A DNA stretch of 64,000 nt from Gammaproteobacteria bacterium (GCA_965209035.1 OZ242372.1:1984001-2048000), one strand, 5' to 3'; positions 18,721-29,824 are shown, numbered from the stretch's first letter. Notes: a model not told the origin generated them from the sequence alone. Numbers and translations: made by a program.

Positions 18721-20640
18721 ATGAAAATATTTAAAGAACAAACTTTCAGTAGCAACTGCATTGCATGCATTGCCGCGGTCGGACAAACGGCACGCAGCGG
18801 CACGATGTTATTCATTCCATTATTGACAATCGCCCTGTCGGTTGCCCTACTCGCCGCCTGTGGCGGAGGCGGCGGTTCCGGCGGCGGAGCGAACACGGAC
18901 ACAGATGGAGACGGAATTCTAAATTCAGCGGATAACTGTCCCTCGGTTGCCAATCCGGACCAAAACAACACGGATTTTGCGACGGATGCGACAACGGGAG
19001 ACGCTCTGGGCGATGCCTGTGATCCGGATGATGACAATGACGGTTTTCCGGATGTAGCAAATGCGACTAACCCGGCCGCGGATAACTGCCCCTTGGTTTA
19101 CAATCCGAAACAAACCAACACAGATGGAGCGGACGATGGCGGCGATGCCTGTGATCCGGACGTTGACGATGACACACACCTGAATATGGTAGATGTGGAC
19201 GACAATAATAATGGCCTCATAGAAATTCACACTTTGGATGACTTGGAGCGGCTGCGCGATGATCTGGATGGCGATGGGATAGATGATAAAAGGATTGCCG
19301 AGGTTGCCGCCGAGGGAAATACGGGCTGTCCCGATAACGACGGCTGTAATGGCTACGAATTGAGCCGCTCGCTGAATTTTAGCGATGCGGCATCCTACGC
19401 GAACAGCAGTAAGATGGCTGCCTGGACGAGCGACAATGGCTGGCAGCCGATCGGATTCTGTAGAGAAACGAATCCGGGTCAGAATACTTGTGTGGCTTAT
19501 ACGGCCTACACGGCGAAGTTCGACGGTCAGGGTTATGCTCTTGCCGACCTGTTCATTGCCGGGCGTGATAGCGTCTCCGGCACGGGATTATTTGGCGCGT
19601 TCATCGGTGGCACTCTCCAAAATCTGCATCTCATCAATGCGAATTTCAACGAGGTTGGAAGTGATGTCGGTCTGTTGGTGGGTTACAGTCGGGATGCCCG
19701 TCTTGAGAATTTGTCGGTGGTCGGCGGGACGGTGCTCAATGCGACGGGTTCCCGGATAGGCGGTTTGGTCGGCGATATAGAGGCTTCGGTGATTCGTAAT
19801 GCGTCCGTGTCGGGTGTGACTCTGCGTACGGCAGAGGAGAGCAATCACATGGGTGGTTTGGCCGGCTTTGGTGAAAGGAATGCGGTGCATTATTCCTATG
19901 CATCCGGTATATCTATTTTCCCCGGTACTTCTACGGGTGGTTCTGTCGGTGGTTTATTCGGCGCCGGCGAGAGTTCCAATATTAGTCATTCCTATGTGAT
20001 GGATGCGGATCTGATGGGAACTACTACTGTCGGTGGCCTGCTTGGTAACGGACCGGATGCCCGTATTAGTCATTCCTATGTGATGAATAGCACTATTGAT
20101 GGTCTTAGTGCTACGGGTGGTTTGATTGGACTCGTACTTGGTTCAGCTGAGATTCGTTATTCCTATGTGGTTGGTGGCAATCTTCCCCGTAATGCAAGAC
20201 AAGGTGGTTTGATTGGAGAAGCATATAATGCTGAGGCTCGTTATTCCTATGTAGCCGATATTCAAATTTCCACGGGCATTAAATCTGGTACCGGCGGCTT
20301 GTTCGGGCAAGGAAACGATTTAACCGCCATTGCCTCCTATTTTGACAATGAGACGACCGGGCAATCGTCCGGTGCGGGTACCGGCACAGGCCGGGTAGGC
20401 ATCGGCATGGGCGAGACGAGCCGGACAACCAAGATGCTGCAAAACCCCGACTTCATGGGGGACTATGCCGACTGGGGCAACTTCTGGTGTCATCCGGGGA
20501 CCGCCGAGATCCGTATGGATACCGATGACGACGGTCCCGGTGCTCCTTTCATCCGTGCTTGGGATCTCGGCACGGCACAGCAATACCCCGCACTCACCTG
20601 CACACCCGGCGGTGTGGCAAGGCAGCGGCAAAGACAATAA
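18721..20640 (+). CDS. Surface lipoprotein with thrombospondin type-3 repeats and GLUG-like beta-helix (copy 1)
   Basis: LLAAC lipobox plus poly-Gly linker; DTDGDG, DNCP..NP.Q, GDACDPD repeats; repeated VGGLxG...SY units; conserved WDLG...YPAL tail. Confidence 0.85.
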   Translation: MKIFKEQTFSSNCIACIAAVGQTARSGTMLFIPLLTIALSVALLAACGGGGGSGGGANTDTDGDGILNSADNCPSVANPDQNNTDFATDATTGDALGDACDPDDDNDGFPDVANATNPAADNCPLVYNPKQTNTDGADDGGDACDPDVDDDTHLNMVDVDDNNNGLIEIHTLDDLERLRDDLDGDGIDDKRIAEVAAEGNTGCPDNDGCNGYELSRSLNFSDAASYANSSKMAAWTSDNGWQPIGFCRETNPGQNTCVAYTAYTAKFDGQGYALADLFIAGRDSVSGTGLFGAFIGGTLQNLHLINANFNEVGSDVGLLVGYSRDARLENLSVVGGTVLNATGSRIGGLVGDIEASVIRNASVSGVTLRTAEESNHMGGLAGFGERNAVHYSYASGISIFPGTSTGGSVGGLFGAGESSNISHSYVMDADLMGTTTVGGLLGNGPDARISHSYVMNSTIDGLSATGGLIGLVLGSAEIRYSYVVGGNLPRNARQGGLIGEAYNAEARYSYVADIQISTGIKSGTGGLFGQGNDLTAIASYFDNETTGQSSGAGTGTGRVGIGMGETSRTTKMLQNPDFMGDYADWGNFWCHPGTAEIRMDTDDDGPGAPFIRAWDLGTAQQYPALTCTPGGVARQRQRQ

Positions 20641-20683
20641 CACAATTTAGGATATTATTTTAATCAACAAAAAATCATTTATT

Positions 20684-22609
20684 ATGAACACATTTAAATT
20701 AAATACTTTTAGTAGCAACTGCATTGCATGCATTGCCGCGGTCGGGCAACCGGCACGCAGCGGCACAATGTTATCAATGTTATTCATTCCATTATTGACA
20801 ATCGCCCTGTCGTTCGTCCTACTCACCGCCTGTGGTGGCGGCGGTGGTTCTGGCGGGGGAGCAAACATGGACTCGGACGGAGACGGAATTCTAAATTCAG
20901 CGGATAACTGTCCCTCGGTTGCCAATCCGGACCAAAACAACACGGATTTTGCGGCGGATGCGACAACCGGAGACACTCTGGGCGATGCCTGTGATCCGGA
21001 TGATGACAATGACGGTTTTCCGGATGTAGCAAATGCGACTAACCCGGCCGCGGATAACTGCCCCTTGGTTTACAATCCGAAACAAACCAACACAGATGGA
21101 GCGGACGATGGCGGCGATGCCTGTGATCCGGACGCTGACGATGACACACACTTGAATACGGTAGATGTGGACGACAATAATAATGGCCTCATAGAAATTC
21201 ACACTTTGGATGACTTGGAGCGGCTACGTGTTGATCTGGATGGCGATGGGGAGGCGGATCAAACGATTGCCGGGATTACCGCTATGGGTTCTGTGGGTTG
21301 CCCGAGTTCCGGCTGTTCGGCGGGCTACGAATTAACCCGCTCGTTAAATTTCAGCGATGCGGCATCCTACGCGAACCGCAGCAAGATGGCTGCCTGGACG
21401 AGCGGCAACGGCTGGCAGCCCATCGGATTTTGTAGAGAAACGAATCCGAGTCAGTCTACTTGTATGGCTTATACGGCCTACACGGCGAAGTTCGACGGTC
21501 AGGGTTACGCTCTTGCCGATCTGTTCATTGCCGGGCGTGACAGCACCTTTGGCACGGGATTATTTGGCGCGTTCATCGGTGGTCGTCTCCAAAACCTGCA
21601 TCTCTTGAATGCGAATTTCAACGAGGTTAGAAGCGATGTTGGTCTGTTGGTGGGTTACAGCCAGGATGCCCACTTTGAGAATGTGTCGGTGGTCGGCGGG
21701 ACGGTGCTCAATGCGACGGGTGCCCGGATAGGCGGTCTGGTCGGTGATATAGCGGATTCGGTGATTCGTAATGCGTCCGTGTCGGGTGTGACTCTGCGTT
21801 CGGCAAGGGAGAGCAATCACATGGGTGGTTTGGCCGGCTTTGGTGAAAGGAATGCGGTGCATTATTCCTATGCATCCGGTCTTTCTATTTTTTCCGGTAT
21901 TACGGCGGGTGGTTCTGTCGGTGGTCTGTTCGGTGCCGGCGGGGGTTCCAATATTAGTCATTCCTATGTGATGGATGCGGATCTGATGGGAACTACTTCT
22001 GTCGGTGGTCTGCTTGGTAGCGGACCGGATGCCCGTATTAGTCATTCCTATGTGATGGATAGCACTATTGACGGCACTAGTTCTACCGGTGGTTTGATTG
22101 GATTTGCAAGCGGTCTGGGTGCTGATATTCGTTATTCCTATGTGGTTGGTGGCAATATTCCTCGTAATGCAAGACAAGGTGGTTTGATTGGAGAAGCATA
22201 TAATGCTGAGGTTCGTTATTCCTATGTAGCCGATATTCAAATTTCCACGGGCACTAAAATTGGTGCCGGTGGCTTGTTCGGCCAAGGAAACGATTTAACC
22301 GCCATTGCCTCCTATTTTGACAATGAGACGACCGGGCAGTCGTCCGGTGCGGGTGCCGGCACGGGCCGAGTAGGCATCGGCATGGGCGAGACAAGCCGGA
22401 CGACCGAGATGCTGCAAAACCCCAACTTCACGGGGGACTATGCCGACTGGGGCAACTTCTGGTGTCATCCGGGGACAGACGAGATCCGTATGGATACCAC
22501 TGACGATGGTCCCGGTGCTCCGTTCATCCGTGTCTGGGATCTCGGAACGGCCGAGCAATACCCCGCGCTCACCTGCACACCCGGCGGTGTGGCAAGGCAG
22601 CGGCGATAA
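20684..22609 (+). CDS. Surface lipoprotein with thrombospondin type-3 repeats and GLUG-like beta-helix (copy 2)
   Basis: Tandem paralog of 18721-20640; LLTAC lipobox; long identical DNA tracts. Confidence 0.85.
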   Translation: MNTFKLNTFSSNCIACIAAVGQPARSGTMLSMLFIPLLTIALSFVLLTACGGGGGSGGGANMDSDGDGILNSADNCPSVANPDQNNTDFAADATTGDTLGDACDPDDDNDGFPDVANATNPAADNCPLVYNPKQTNTDGADDGGDACDPDADDDTHLNTVDVDDNNNGLIEIHTLDDLERLRVDLDGDGEADQTIAGITAMGSVGCPSSGCSAGYELTRSLNFSDAASYANRSKMAAWTSGNGWQPIGFCRETNPSQSTCMAYTAYTAKFDGQGYALADLFIAGRDSTFGTGLFGAFIGGRLQNLHLLNANFNEVRSDVGLLVGYSQDAHFENVSVVGGTVLNATGARIGGLVGDIADSVIRNASVSGVTLRSARESNHMGGLAGFGERNAVHYSYASGLSIFSGITAGGSVGGLFGAGGGSNISHSYVMDADLMGTTSVGGLLGSGPDARISHSYVMDSTIDGTSSTGGLIGFASGLGADIRYSYVVGGNIPRNARQGGLIGEAYNAEVRYSYVADIQISTGTKIGAGGLFGQGNDLTAIASYFDNETTGQSSGAGAGTGRVGIGMGETSRTTEMLQNPNFTGDYADWGNFWCHPGTDEIRMDTTDDGPGAPFIRVWDLGTAEQYPALTCTPGGVARQRR

Positions 22610-22685
22610 CGCAATAACGCCAATTAACGCAGAACGAACGTCTACTTTTAACTATTTTTATTCACAAAAACAAAAACAAATGATT

Positions 22686-22800
22686 ATGAAAATATTTGCA
22701 ATACAAACTCTTAGATGCAACTGCATCGCCGCGGCCGGGCAAACGGCGCGCGGCGGGACAAAGTTATTCATTCCATTATTGACAATCGCCCTGTCGCTCG
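22686..22800 (+). pseudogene. Truncated third lipoprotein copy (signal peptide only)
   Basis: [37 protein letters not shown] matches copies 1 and 2, then similarity stops before the lipobox. Confidence 0.85.
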
Positions 22801-22874
22801 TTATGCGTGCCGGCAACTCCCCCCATAAGTTCAGTTCTACATAGAAAAAGCCCAAAAATGAGTGGGATCATACA
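22800..22874 (+). mobile_element. IS481-family 3'-end remnant (IRR)
   Basis: aaaagcccaaaaatgagtgggatcataca versus the intact IS end aaaagtccagaaatgggtgggatcataca. Confidence 0.8.
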
Positions 22875-23035
22875 CAGGGACACAATGTTGGTTTATTAAC
22901 CACAATTTATGGTAAATTGTTACTGAGTTCGTTGCTATGATGCAATTATTCATTTTGGATTCATTTTGGATGCGGTTATGGCAAGGATTAAAATAAAATA
23001 ATACTTTTAATTAATAACAAACATAATAAAAAATA

Positions 23036-24166
23036 ATGATAAAGACATTTAATAAATTGTTGTTGGCATTTGCGGTTGGCTTTTTGTTTGCCGCACAGTC
23101 CGCTGTTGCCGACATTAAAATTGGTGTGGCAGGTCCTCACTCGGGTGCTTATGCCGCTTTTGGCGAGCAACTTTGGAGAGGAGCGACTCAAGCCATTGAA
23201 GACATTAATGCCCAAGGCGGCATCAACGGTGAAAAGTTGGTTGCTGTCAAGGGTGACGATGCTTGCGAACCCAAGCAAGCGGTCAATGTTGCCAACCGAT
23301 TGATAGAAAAAGATAAGGTCGCGGCGGTTGTCGGACACTTCTGCTCTTCCAATACGATTCCCGCATCGGCAATCTATAACGAAGCCGATGTGCTTTCTAT
23401 CACACCGGCATCCACGAATCCGCAAGTTACGGATCGCGGACTGAGCGGTGTTTTTCGCGTTTGCGGTCGGGACGATCAGCAAGGCGAAGTGGCGGGCAAT
23501 TATATTGCGAGTACTTTGAAAGCAAGGAAAGTTGTGATTATTCATGACAAGGATACTTACGGTCAAGGACTTGCGGATGCAACACGGGATACTTTGAAGA
23601 AAAAGCAAAAAGTTAAGGTGGTGCTGTATGAAGGACTTACCCGCGGTGAAAAAGATTTCAACGCGTTGGTTACCAAAATCCGCTCTTTGAATCCGGATGT
23701 TGTTTACTTCGGCGGCTTGCACTCCGAAGCCGGGCCCTTGTTGCGTCAGTTGCGCGAACAGGGATCGGATGCCTGGTTCATTTCCGGTGACGGTATCGTG
23801 TCCGCAGACTTTGTCAAGACCGCGGGCGGCCCGCAATTCTTGACCAAAACTCTGATGACTTTTGGCGCGGATCCGCGTGATGCGGACAGCAATCCGACCG
23901 GGGCTGCTTTGGTTGGGAAGTTTCGTAAGAAAGGATACGAGCCGGAAGGCTATACGCTGTATTCCTACACTGCGGTTCAGGTTGTTGCAGCCGCTATGAA
24001 AGCGGTCGGCGTTAAGGCCGGCGGTGCCAAACAGGGTGCTTGGTTGCAGAAAAATGCCGTTCCCAGCGTGATGGGAGAGAAGGCGTTTGACAGCAAGGGT
24101 GACCTGAAAGTCTCTGACTATGTGATGTATCAGTGGAAAACGGACGGGACCTATTCGCAACTCTAA
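23036..24166 (+). CDS. Branched-chain amino acid ABC transporter substrate-binding protein (LivK/LivJ family)
   Basis: GDDACEPKQAV, VVGHFCSS, GRDDQQG, HDKDTYGQGLAD; signal peptide. Confidence 0.9.
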   Translation: MIKTFNKLLLAFAVGFLFAAQSAVADIKIGVAGPHSGAYAAFGEQLWRGATQAIEDINAQGGINGEKLVAVKGDDACEPKQAVNVANRLIEKDKVAAVVGHFCSSNTIPASAIYNEADVLSITPASTNPQVTDRGLSGVFRVCGRDDQQGEVAGNYIASTLKARKVVIIHDKDTYGQGLADATRDTLKKKQKVKVVLYEGLTRGEKDFNALVTKIRSLNPDVVYFGGLHSEAGPLLRQLREQGSDAWFISGDGIVSADFVKTAGGPQFLTKTLMTFGADPRDADSNPTGAALVGKFRKKGYEPEGYTLYSYTAVQVVAAAMKAVGVKAGGAKQGAWLQKNAVPSVMGEKAFDSKGDLKVSDYVMYQWKTDGTYSQL

Positions 24167-24241
24167 GTCTTAAACAACTTTGAAAACGCGGTCGGCGAGG
24201 GAGCGGTTTTTTATCCGCTCCTTTGTTTCCCCGTTTTGTTT

Positions 24242-24270
24242 AACCGCCCTTTCAAAAAGGGCGGTTTTTT
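24242..24270 (+). terminator. Rho-independent terminator
   Basis: AACCGCCCTTT-CAA-AAAGGGCGGTT followed by a T run; a second hairpin GGAGCGG/CCGCTCC near 24200-24221. Confidence 0.85.
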
Positions 24271-24342
24271 ATTAATGATGAATTAAATGCCGCAATGCCG
24301 TTTGATCGGTATTTTGGGGTAAAATAAAAGAAACGAAAAAAA

Positions 24343-25137
24343 ATGATGCGAACAAAACACTTACTTTCAATTCTGGTGACCTTCTTTGTCATGTTCTTTG
24401 CGTTCTTTGCCGCCGGATTATGGGCGGATGTTAGAACAGAGGAGGTTGCATATCACGGTACCGCCAAAGATACCAAAGCCACCGAAGACACCAAAACCAC
24501 TAAAGGCTACCTGGCATCGCCCGATGGCAAGGGACCTTTTCCGGCTGTGATCCTCATTCATGAATGGTGGGGGCTAAACGATAATATTCGCGCCGAAGCA
24601 CGCCGATATGCGGAGGAGGGGTATGTTGCCCTGGCGGTGGATCTGTATGGCGGTGAGTCCGCCAAAAAGCCGGAGGATGCGCGCGCCCTTGCCGGTGCCG
24701 TGCAAAAAGACATGGACGCGGCGTTTGCCAATTTGCGTTCGGCTATTTCCTACTTGAAGGGAAATGCCGGTGTTGATAAGGACCGCATTGCTTCCGTCGG
24801 CTGGTGCTTTGGCGGCGGTTGGTCATATCAAATGGCAAAGAATAACCTGGGCACCAAGGCGTCTGTCATTTATTATGGCAGGTTTAACCCGGCCGATGAT
24901 CTCGCACAGATGCGCGCAAAAATCATGGGGCATTTTGGCGAGAAGGACCGTGCGATTCGCGCGGATGATGTCCGTCAGTTCGGGGCAAAATTAAAGACGC
25001 TGTCCGGCGAGCATGAGGTGTTCATTTATCCGAATGCGGGACACGGGTTTGCCAATCCGGGGAATCCGGCACATGATCCGGCGGCAACCGGGCAGGCGAA
25101 CCGTCGCACGCTGGAGTTCTTGCGGAAATATCTTTAA
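24343..25137 (+). CDS. Dienelactone hydrolase family protein (secreted)
   Basis: IHEWWGLN, GWCFGG, YPNAGHGFAN. Confidence 0.9.
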   Translation: MMRTKHLLSILVTFFVMFFAFFAAGLWADVRTEEVAYHGTAKDTKATEDTKTTKGYLASPDGKGPFPAVILIHEWWGLNDNIRAEARRYAEEGYVALAVDLYGGESAKKPEDARALAGAVQKDMDAAFANLRSAISYLKGNAGVDKDRIASVGWCFGGGWSYQMAKNNLGTKASVIYYGRFNPADDLAQMRAKIMGHFGEKDRAIRADDVRQFGAKLKTLSGEHEVFIYPNAGHGFANPGNPAHDPAATGQANRRTLEFLRKYL

Positions 25138-25228
25138 GGTATCCCGGCAGAAGAAAGAACGAAGTGCGCGGAATGAATGCCCCCGAAGTCCTCGAACATG
25201 AATTTGTGAGTGCTATTTTTATAAAAAT

Positions 25229-26179
25229 TTGAGTATGGATCATTTGGATTTTGAGTCTCCCATAGTGGAGTTGCGGCAGAAGATAGACAGTCTTCGGCGG
25301 GCCGGTGATGAGAATGGTCTCAACCTTACCGCGGAGATTATCAAGTTGGAGGAACGGCTTGAAAATACGACGCGGCGGATTTTCAATAACCTGAGCGATT
25401 GGCAGATTACGCAAACGGCGCGGCACCCGGCCAGACCTTACTTTATGGACTATGTGAGTAACATCTTTGACGACGCCACGGAGCTGCATGGCGATCGCCA
25501 TTACGGAGATGACAAGGCGTTGGTGGGTTTTCTGGCAACCCTGGACGGCAAACCCGTGATGGTGCTGGGACACCAAAAAGGGCGCGAAGTTGCCGAAAAG
25601 GTGAAGCGTAATTTTGGCATGCCCAGACCGGAAGGCTATCGCAAGGCGTTGCGCCTGATGCGGTTGGCGGAAAAGTTTAGTTTACCGATCCTTACTTTTA
25701 TTGATACGCCGGGGGCATATCCCGGCATCGGCGCGGAGGAGCGCGGCCAAAGTGAGGCGATAGCGCGCAATCTGGAAGTGATGTCCCGTTTGAAAGTGCC
25801 GGTGATCAGTTTGGTGATCGGCGAAGGCGGTTCCGGCGGTGCACTGGCGATCGGTGTGTGCGATTATCTGATGATGTTGCAGTATTCCGTTTATTCGGTC
25901 ATTTCGCCGGAGGGTTGTGCTTCCATACTTTGGCGGGATGCCAAGTATGCGGATCAGGCGGCCAAGGCCATGTCTGTTACCGCCGCGAAATTGCATAAAT
26001 TGAAGATGATTGATGAGGTGATTGAGGAGCCATTTGGCGGCGCACACCGCGATCCGACACAAGTTTTTCGTAAGGTGAAGGCCGCGTTGATTGGCAAACT
26101 GACGCAACTCGGATCCGAGGACACCAAGGATCTGCTCACCGCACGCTACAACAGGTTGATGGGTTACGGGCGGAGTTAG
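25229..26179 (+). CDS. accA: Acetyl-CoA carboxylase carboxyltransferase alpha
   Basis: [40 protein letters not shown]. Confidence 0.97.
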   Translation: MSMDHLDFESPIVELRQKIDSLRRAGDENGLNLTAEIIKLEERLENTTRRIFNNLSDWQITQTARHPARPYFMDYVSNIFDDATELHGDRHYGDDKALVGFLATLDGKPVMVLGHQKGREVAEKVKRNFGMPRPEGYRKALRLMRLAEKFSLPILTFIDTPGAYPGIGAEERGQSEAIARNLEVMSRLKVPVISLVIGEGGSGGALAIGVCDYLMMLQYSVYSVISPEGCASILWRDAKYADQAAKAMSVTAAKLHKLKMIDEVIEEPFGGAHRDPTQVFRKVKAALIGKLTQLGSEDTKDLLTARYNRLMGYGRS

Positions 26180-26265
26180 TTGCCGGTTGTTTAAACATTT
26201 CATAAACATCAAATTTTTTAGCCTTTTAATCCTTTAATCCTTTAATCTTCCCCCGCTTCTCGTCT

Positions 26266-27285
26266 ATGGCATTGCCGCGGCCTGCGGTTATTTTTATACT
26301 TGGGCCTACCGCGATCGGTAAGAGCCGTGTTGCCCAGTCCGTTGCCAAGTCCGTCGGCGGTGAAATTGTCAATGCGGATTCGGTGCAGATTTATCGCGGC
26401 CTGGACAAAGGGACGGCCAAGCCCGCACCGGAAGTTCGCCGCGAGATCCCGCACCATTTGATTGATATAACGGATGCCGCGGAAAATTATTCGGCGGCTC
26501 TTTATGCCAATAGGGCAAAATCTGTGATCGCGGATATTTTGCGTCGCAAGAAAATCGCCGTGGTTACCGGCGGAACAATGTTTTATGCCCGGGCGTTGCT
26601 TGAAGGGCTGGCCGACTTGCCGCCGGCACAACCAAAAATACGGGAGAAGTATCTTAAATTAGCGGAGGAACTTGGTTGGCCCCGGCTGCATGAACGCCTG
26701 TCGCAATTGGATGAGCATTCCGCCCAAAGGATTCCGGCCGGCGACAAGCAGAGGATTCTGCGGGCTCTGGAGGTGATTGATTGCACCGGCCAAAGTTTTT
26801 CAACCTTGCTGAAAGACAAGCACAGGCACGGCGGGCTAAAGAAAATTCTTGGCGAGAGAGGGATCCCCTTGCGGGTTTACGGTATTTTGCCCGGCGAGCG
26901 GAGTGTTTTGCATGAACGGATCGCTCGTCGGTTTGCCGGATTTCTGGATAGTGGCTTGGTGGAAGAAGTGCAAACCTTACAAAAGAGAGGCGATCTGAGT
27001 TTGCAAAACAGTTCCGTTCGCTCGGTCGGATACAGACAAGTATGGCAGCACTTGGAAGAGAAAGGGGAAAGGGAAAGGGAAAGGAAAGGGGAAGGGAAAG
27101 CGGAGTTTGATTACGAGGAGATGATTGCAAAAGCGGTTGCCGCGACCCGTCAGTTGGCAAAACGGCAGCTCACCTGGCTTAGAAATTGGGAAGAGATTAC
27201 GCGGTTGGATGCTTCGGTTGCCGAAGCGACTATCACGGAAGATGTGCTTTTGCGATTGGATGCGGCAAAACCGGCAAAATATTAG
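26266..27285 (+). CDS. miaA: tRNA dimethylallyltransferase
   Basis: GPTAIGKS, DSVQIYRGLDKGTAKP, GGTMFY, VGYRQ, TRQLAKRQLTW. Confidence 0.95.
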   Translation: MALPRPAVIFILGPTAIGKSRVAQSVAKSVGGEIVNADSVQIYRGLDKGTAKPAPEVRREIPHHLIDITDAAENYSAALYANRAKSVIADILRRKKIAVVTGGTMFYARALLEGLADLPPAQPKIREKYLKLAEELGWPRLHERLSQLDEHSAQRIPAGDKQRILRALEVIDCTGQSFSTLLKDKHRHGGLKKILGERGIPLRVYGILPGERSVLHERIARRFAGFLDSGLVEEVQTLQKRGDLSLQNSSVRSVGYRQVWQHLEEKGERERERKGEGKAEFDYEEMIAKAVAATRQLAKRQLTWLRNWEEITRLDASVAEATITEDVLLRLDAAKPAKY

Positions 27286-27314
27286 TTGAGCCGGTTTGAT
27301 ACCTTTATACCGGA

Positions 27315-27830
27315 TTAGTTAATTTTTCTTGACTTTGGAGGGTCGGTTTTCAGATCGTTCGATGTTAAATCTTTGGGAGATTTTTTTTGGCGAAAAAGAG
27401 CTTCAAAATTGACCTGGGCAAGCATGATCGGCGGCATGCTCGCTTTTACCATGAGGTTATCAATGGCTTCCCGGGCATAGGGAAAAAGAGCGGTGGGGAA
27501 GGTGACATTCCGCACAAAATCTTTTTCCTCGGCAGTTAGGTTTTGCATTTGAAATATACCCGCCTGAACGATTTCCGCGCCGAAAACAGTTTTGTTCTCT
27601 ATTTTGGCGTTGATCGTTATTTGCAATCGGCTTTCTTCCAGGTCGTTCTTTAGTGGTTGAAATTGATGACTGATATTCAGATCCAGTTTTGGTTTCCAAG
27701 TCATACCAAATATTTCCGGTGCACGCGGTGATTCAAAAGAAATATCTTTGATGTAAATTCTTTGCAGATGTACGGTTTTGCCACCCGCGCTTTTTCTGCC
27801 GGCGGTGAACTCTTTTTCGGTTTTTGTCAT
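27315..27830 (-). CDS. secB: Protein-export chaperone SecB
   Basis: QRIYIKDISFESP, QAGIF, LFPYARE, VNFEALF. Confidence 0.95.
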   Translation of the reverse strand: MTKTEKEFTAGRKSAGGKTVHLQRIYIKDISFESPRAPEIFGMTWKPKLDLNISHQFQPLKNDLEESRLQITINAKIENKTVFGAEIVQAGIFQMQNLTAEEKDFVRNVTFPTALFPYAREAIDNLMVKASMPPIMLAQVNFEALFRQKKSPKDLTSNDLKTDPPKSRKIN

Positions 27831-27874
27831 TCCAATTTGGGGCTTCTTTGACTATCCCAGATCTTTGCCTGTTT

Positions 27875-28285
27875 CTATTTTACCAAAGGTAAATTGGCTT
27901 GCTCCCATTCCAACAGGCCGCCGCCGAGTCGCTCCGCTTCGTAACCCTGTTTTTTTATGAGTATTTGTGCGGCGGCGGAGTTTCTGCCGTTGCCGCATAC
28001 AAGAACAGTCGGACGCTTTTTATGTTTTTTCAGCATGTCCGGCAGATCGCGAATGCGTTCGTAGGGCCAGTTGAGGGAGCTTGTGATGTGTCCAATGCGA
28101 TATTCTTTTTCGGGGCGCAGATCCACAACCAAAGCCGCATCCGTATTCATTTTTTTGATGAGGTCGGCCGTGGTGATGGCTTTCCCCGAACGACGTAACT
28201 CGTAAAATCCCCAAAGTGTGAGCATCGCAATAAAGGCGCCGACATTCAGCGGGTGATTCAAGATAAACTCAATAACTCTTTCCAT
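27875..28285 (-). CDS. Rhodanese-like domain membrane protein (YibN-like)
   Basis: N-terminal TM helix, VVDLR...GHI...VLVCGNG...LGGGLLEW..ANLPLVK; upstream of secB. Confidence 0.85.
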   Translation of the reverse strand: MERVIEFILNHPLNVGAFIAMLTLWGFYELRRSGKAITTADLIKKMNTDAALVVDLRPEKEYRIGHITSSLNWPYERIRDLPDMLKKHKKRPTVLVCGNGRNSAAAQILIKKQGYEAERLGGGLLEWEQANLPLVK

Positions 28286-28350
28286 GCTTTTATTATAATC
28301 CGCGAAGGGCGGCAGCGGGATACTTTTTGCATAGATCCTCCCGCTCTGTA

Positions 28351-29421
28351 CTATTTTATATTTTTTTGTTTGAGTGCTTGGGCGTTTGTATGATCCCACC
28401 CATTTCTGGACTTTTGTTGTTTTTGCAAAAACTGGATTGGCGAGAGTTGTTTGAGAGCATAATGGGGACGTTCCAGATTATACCAAGCCAACCACTCGAT
28501 GAGTTTGGCGTTGAATGCCGGCATATCCTTAACCAAGAGATGCCGCATATGACAACCGAACTCTTCCCAGAGAGTGCGATTAAACCGTTCGCAGTGTGCA
28601 TTCATTTGCGGTTTCCTTGGATAGGTATACCAGTGGGTGCTGCCGTTTGCGGTCACGACCCGGTGAAAGTCTTTGGCGAACTCACTGCCATTATCGGTGA
28701 GGACTTTTTCGATCCGAGTGCCGAGTATGTTTTGCATGGCGGTAAAGAGCCGGGCGGAACTGGCCGAAGCAGCGGAGGTGTCGACACTGACCAGTGAGAA
28801 GCGGGAAAATAGGTCAATGCCGACATGCCAATAAAAGCGCCGGCCATCGACGATGCGGACGAGCGTATCAAAGGCAACACATTCACCTCTCCGGCCCGCA
28901 ACAAAGCGGGTGTCCTTGCGCTCGCGCGGAGCACCATGCCGCGGGCGTTTCGGCACGGACCGCGATGGTTTGCACCGCATCTTATCCGGGTCATCGGCAA
29001 TGATGCGAGAGATCGTTGATTGGCTGGGCAGCGGCAGCCCGCGCTGCTGACACCATTCGGGTAACAAGCAGACCAGTTTACCGGCACCGATGTTCGGACG
29101 CTGTTGTCGCCAAGATCGGATCTTGGTAATCAGTGCCGGTGGCCAGGTGTTGGACCGCTTGGGCTGATACCCATAGTTGTTCGCCAGTTCATCGACCCCG
29201 CCTTCACGGAAACGCCGCTGCCACTCGTAGAATGTAGCACGACTGATCCTGGTATGATCCAACGCGGCCGCGACACCATGTTTGCGCGCGAACGCCAAGG
29301 TGTCCAGTTTTATTTTGGTGGTTTTAGACATGTTTAAATATTGATTTGCTAAAACCACCATTTTATTGAAACCGCGCACGCGATAACCAATGTAGCGTAA
29401 ACGTGTCCCTCTCATTTCCAA
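28351..29421 (-). CDS. IS481-family DDE transposase (rve domain)
   Basis: HTH (ISRATFYEWQRRF), AFDT, IDLFSR, LTDNGSEF, NAHCERFNRTL, YNLERPH. Confidence 0.9.
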   Translation of the reverse strand: MEMRGTRLRYIGYRVRGFNKMVVLANQYLNMSKTTKIKLDTLAFARKHGVAAALDHTRISRATFYEWQRRFREGGVDELANNYGYQPKRSNTWPPALITKIRSWRQQRPNIGAGKLVCLLPEWCQQRGLPLPSQSTISRIIADDPDKMRCKPSRSVPKRPRHGAPRERKDTRFVAGRRGECVAFDTLVRIVDGRRFYWHVGIDLFSRFSLVSVDTSAASASSARLFTAMQNILGTRIEKVLTDNGSEFAKDFHRVVTANGSTHWYTYPRKPQMNAHCERFNRTLWEEFGCHMRHLLVKDMPAFNAKLIEWLAWYNLERPHYALKQLSPIQFLQKQQKSRNGWDHTNAQALKQKNIK

Positions 29422-29685
29422 TGTGCAGTCCGGCTGCCCTCACAAACCGTACCGTCTCGCCAGCGGATACACCTAGACAGTTTTATCAACAACAAGCCTC
29501 CGCTGTCTGCGGCGGTGAGAGCAAAACAGCTATCCGTCCTTCTTGCCCGTTTCATTCATCTAGCTCCACATACCGAAGACCCGTTGCCGGATCTATTTTC
29601 GACCCGTCCGACAGAACCTCCGGCCGCTTGATCTGAGGACGCACAATGCCGAACTCAGAGTCCAGAACCTTTATGAGATCATGCA
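28387..29685 (-). mobile_element. IS481-family insertion sequence (1299 bp) with 5-bp target duplication
   Basis: Imperfect terminal IRs TGTATGATCCCA..CTGGACT and TGCATGATCTCA..CTGGACT; flanking GCGTT at 28382-28386 and 29686-29690. Confidence 0.85.
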
Positions 29686-29824
29686 GCGTTTGGGTGTTTG
29701 GGCGTTTGATTCTGGCTTCCGCCGAGTGTCTTTATTACCGGGGTTGCCGGGGTTGTGGGAGTTGCCGGGGTGCGATGCTCTATACGGAATTTTCGCGATG
29801 GCGAGTTATGGTAGAATATGACAA

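Noticed and set aside
18721-22609. Diversity-generating retroelement (TR/VR pair) explanation for the duplicated lipoproteins
   Set aside because: Differences are not confined to adenines, the duplication spans whole genes, and no reverse transcriptase is in the window.
14960-22874. Proven composite transposon between facing IS481 ends
   Set aside because: Flanks do not form a target duplication and the segment includes core tRNAs; kept only as a hypothesis in the findings.
22988-24160. 390-aa antisense ORF over the livK-like gene
   Set aside because: No recognisable motifs; typical antisense shadow of a codon-biased gene.
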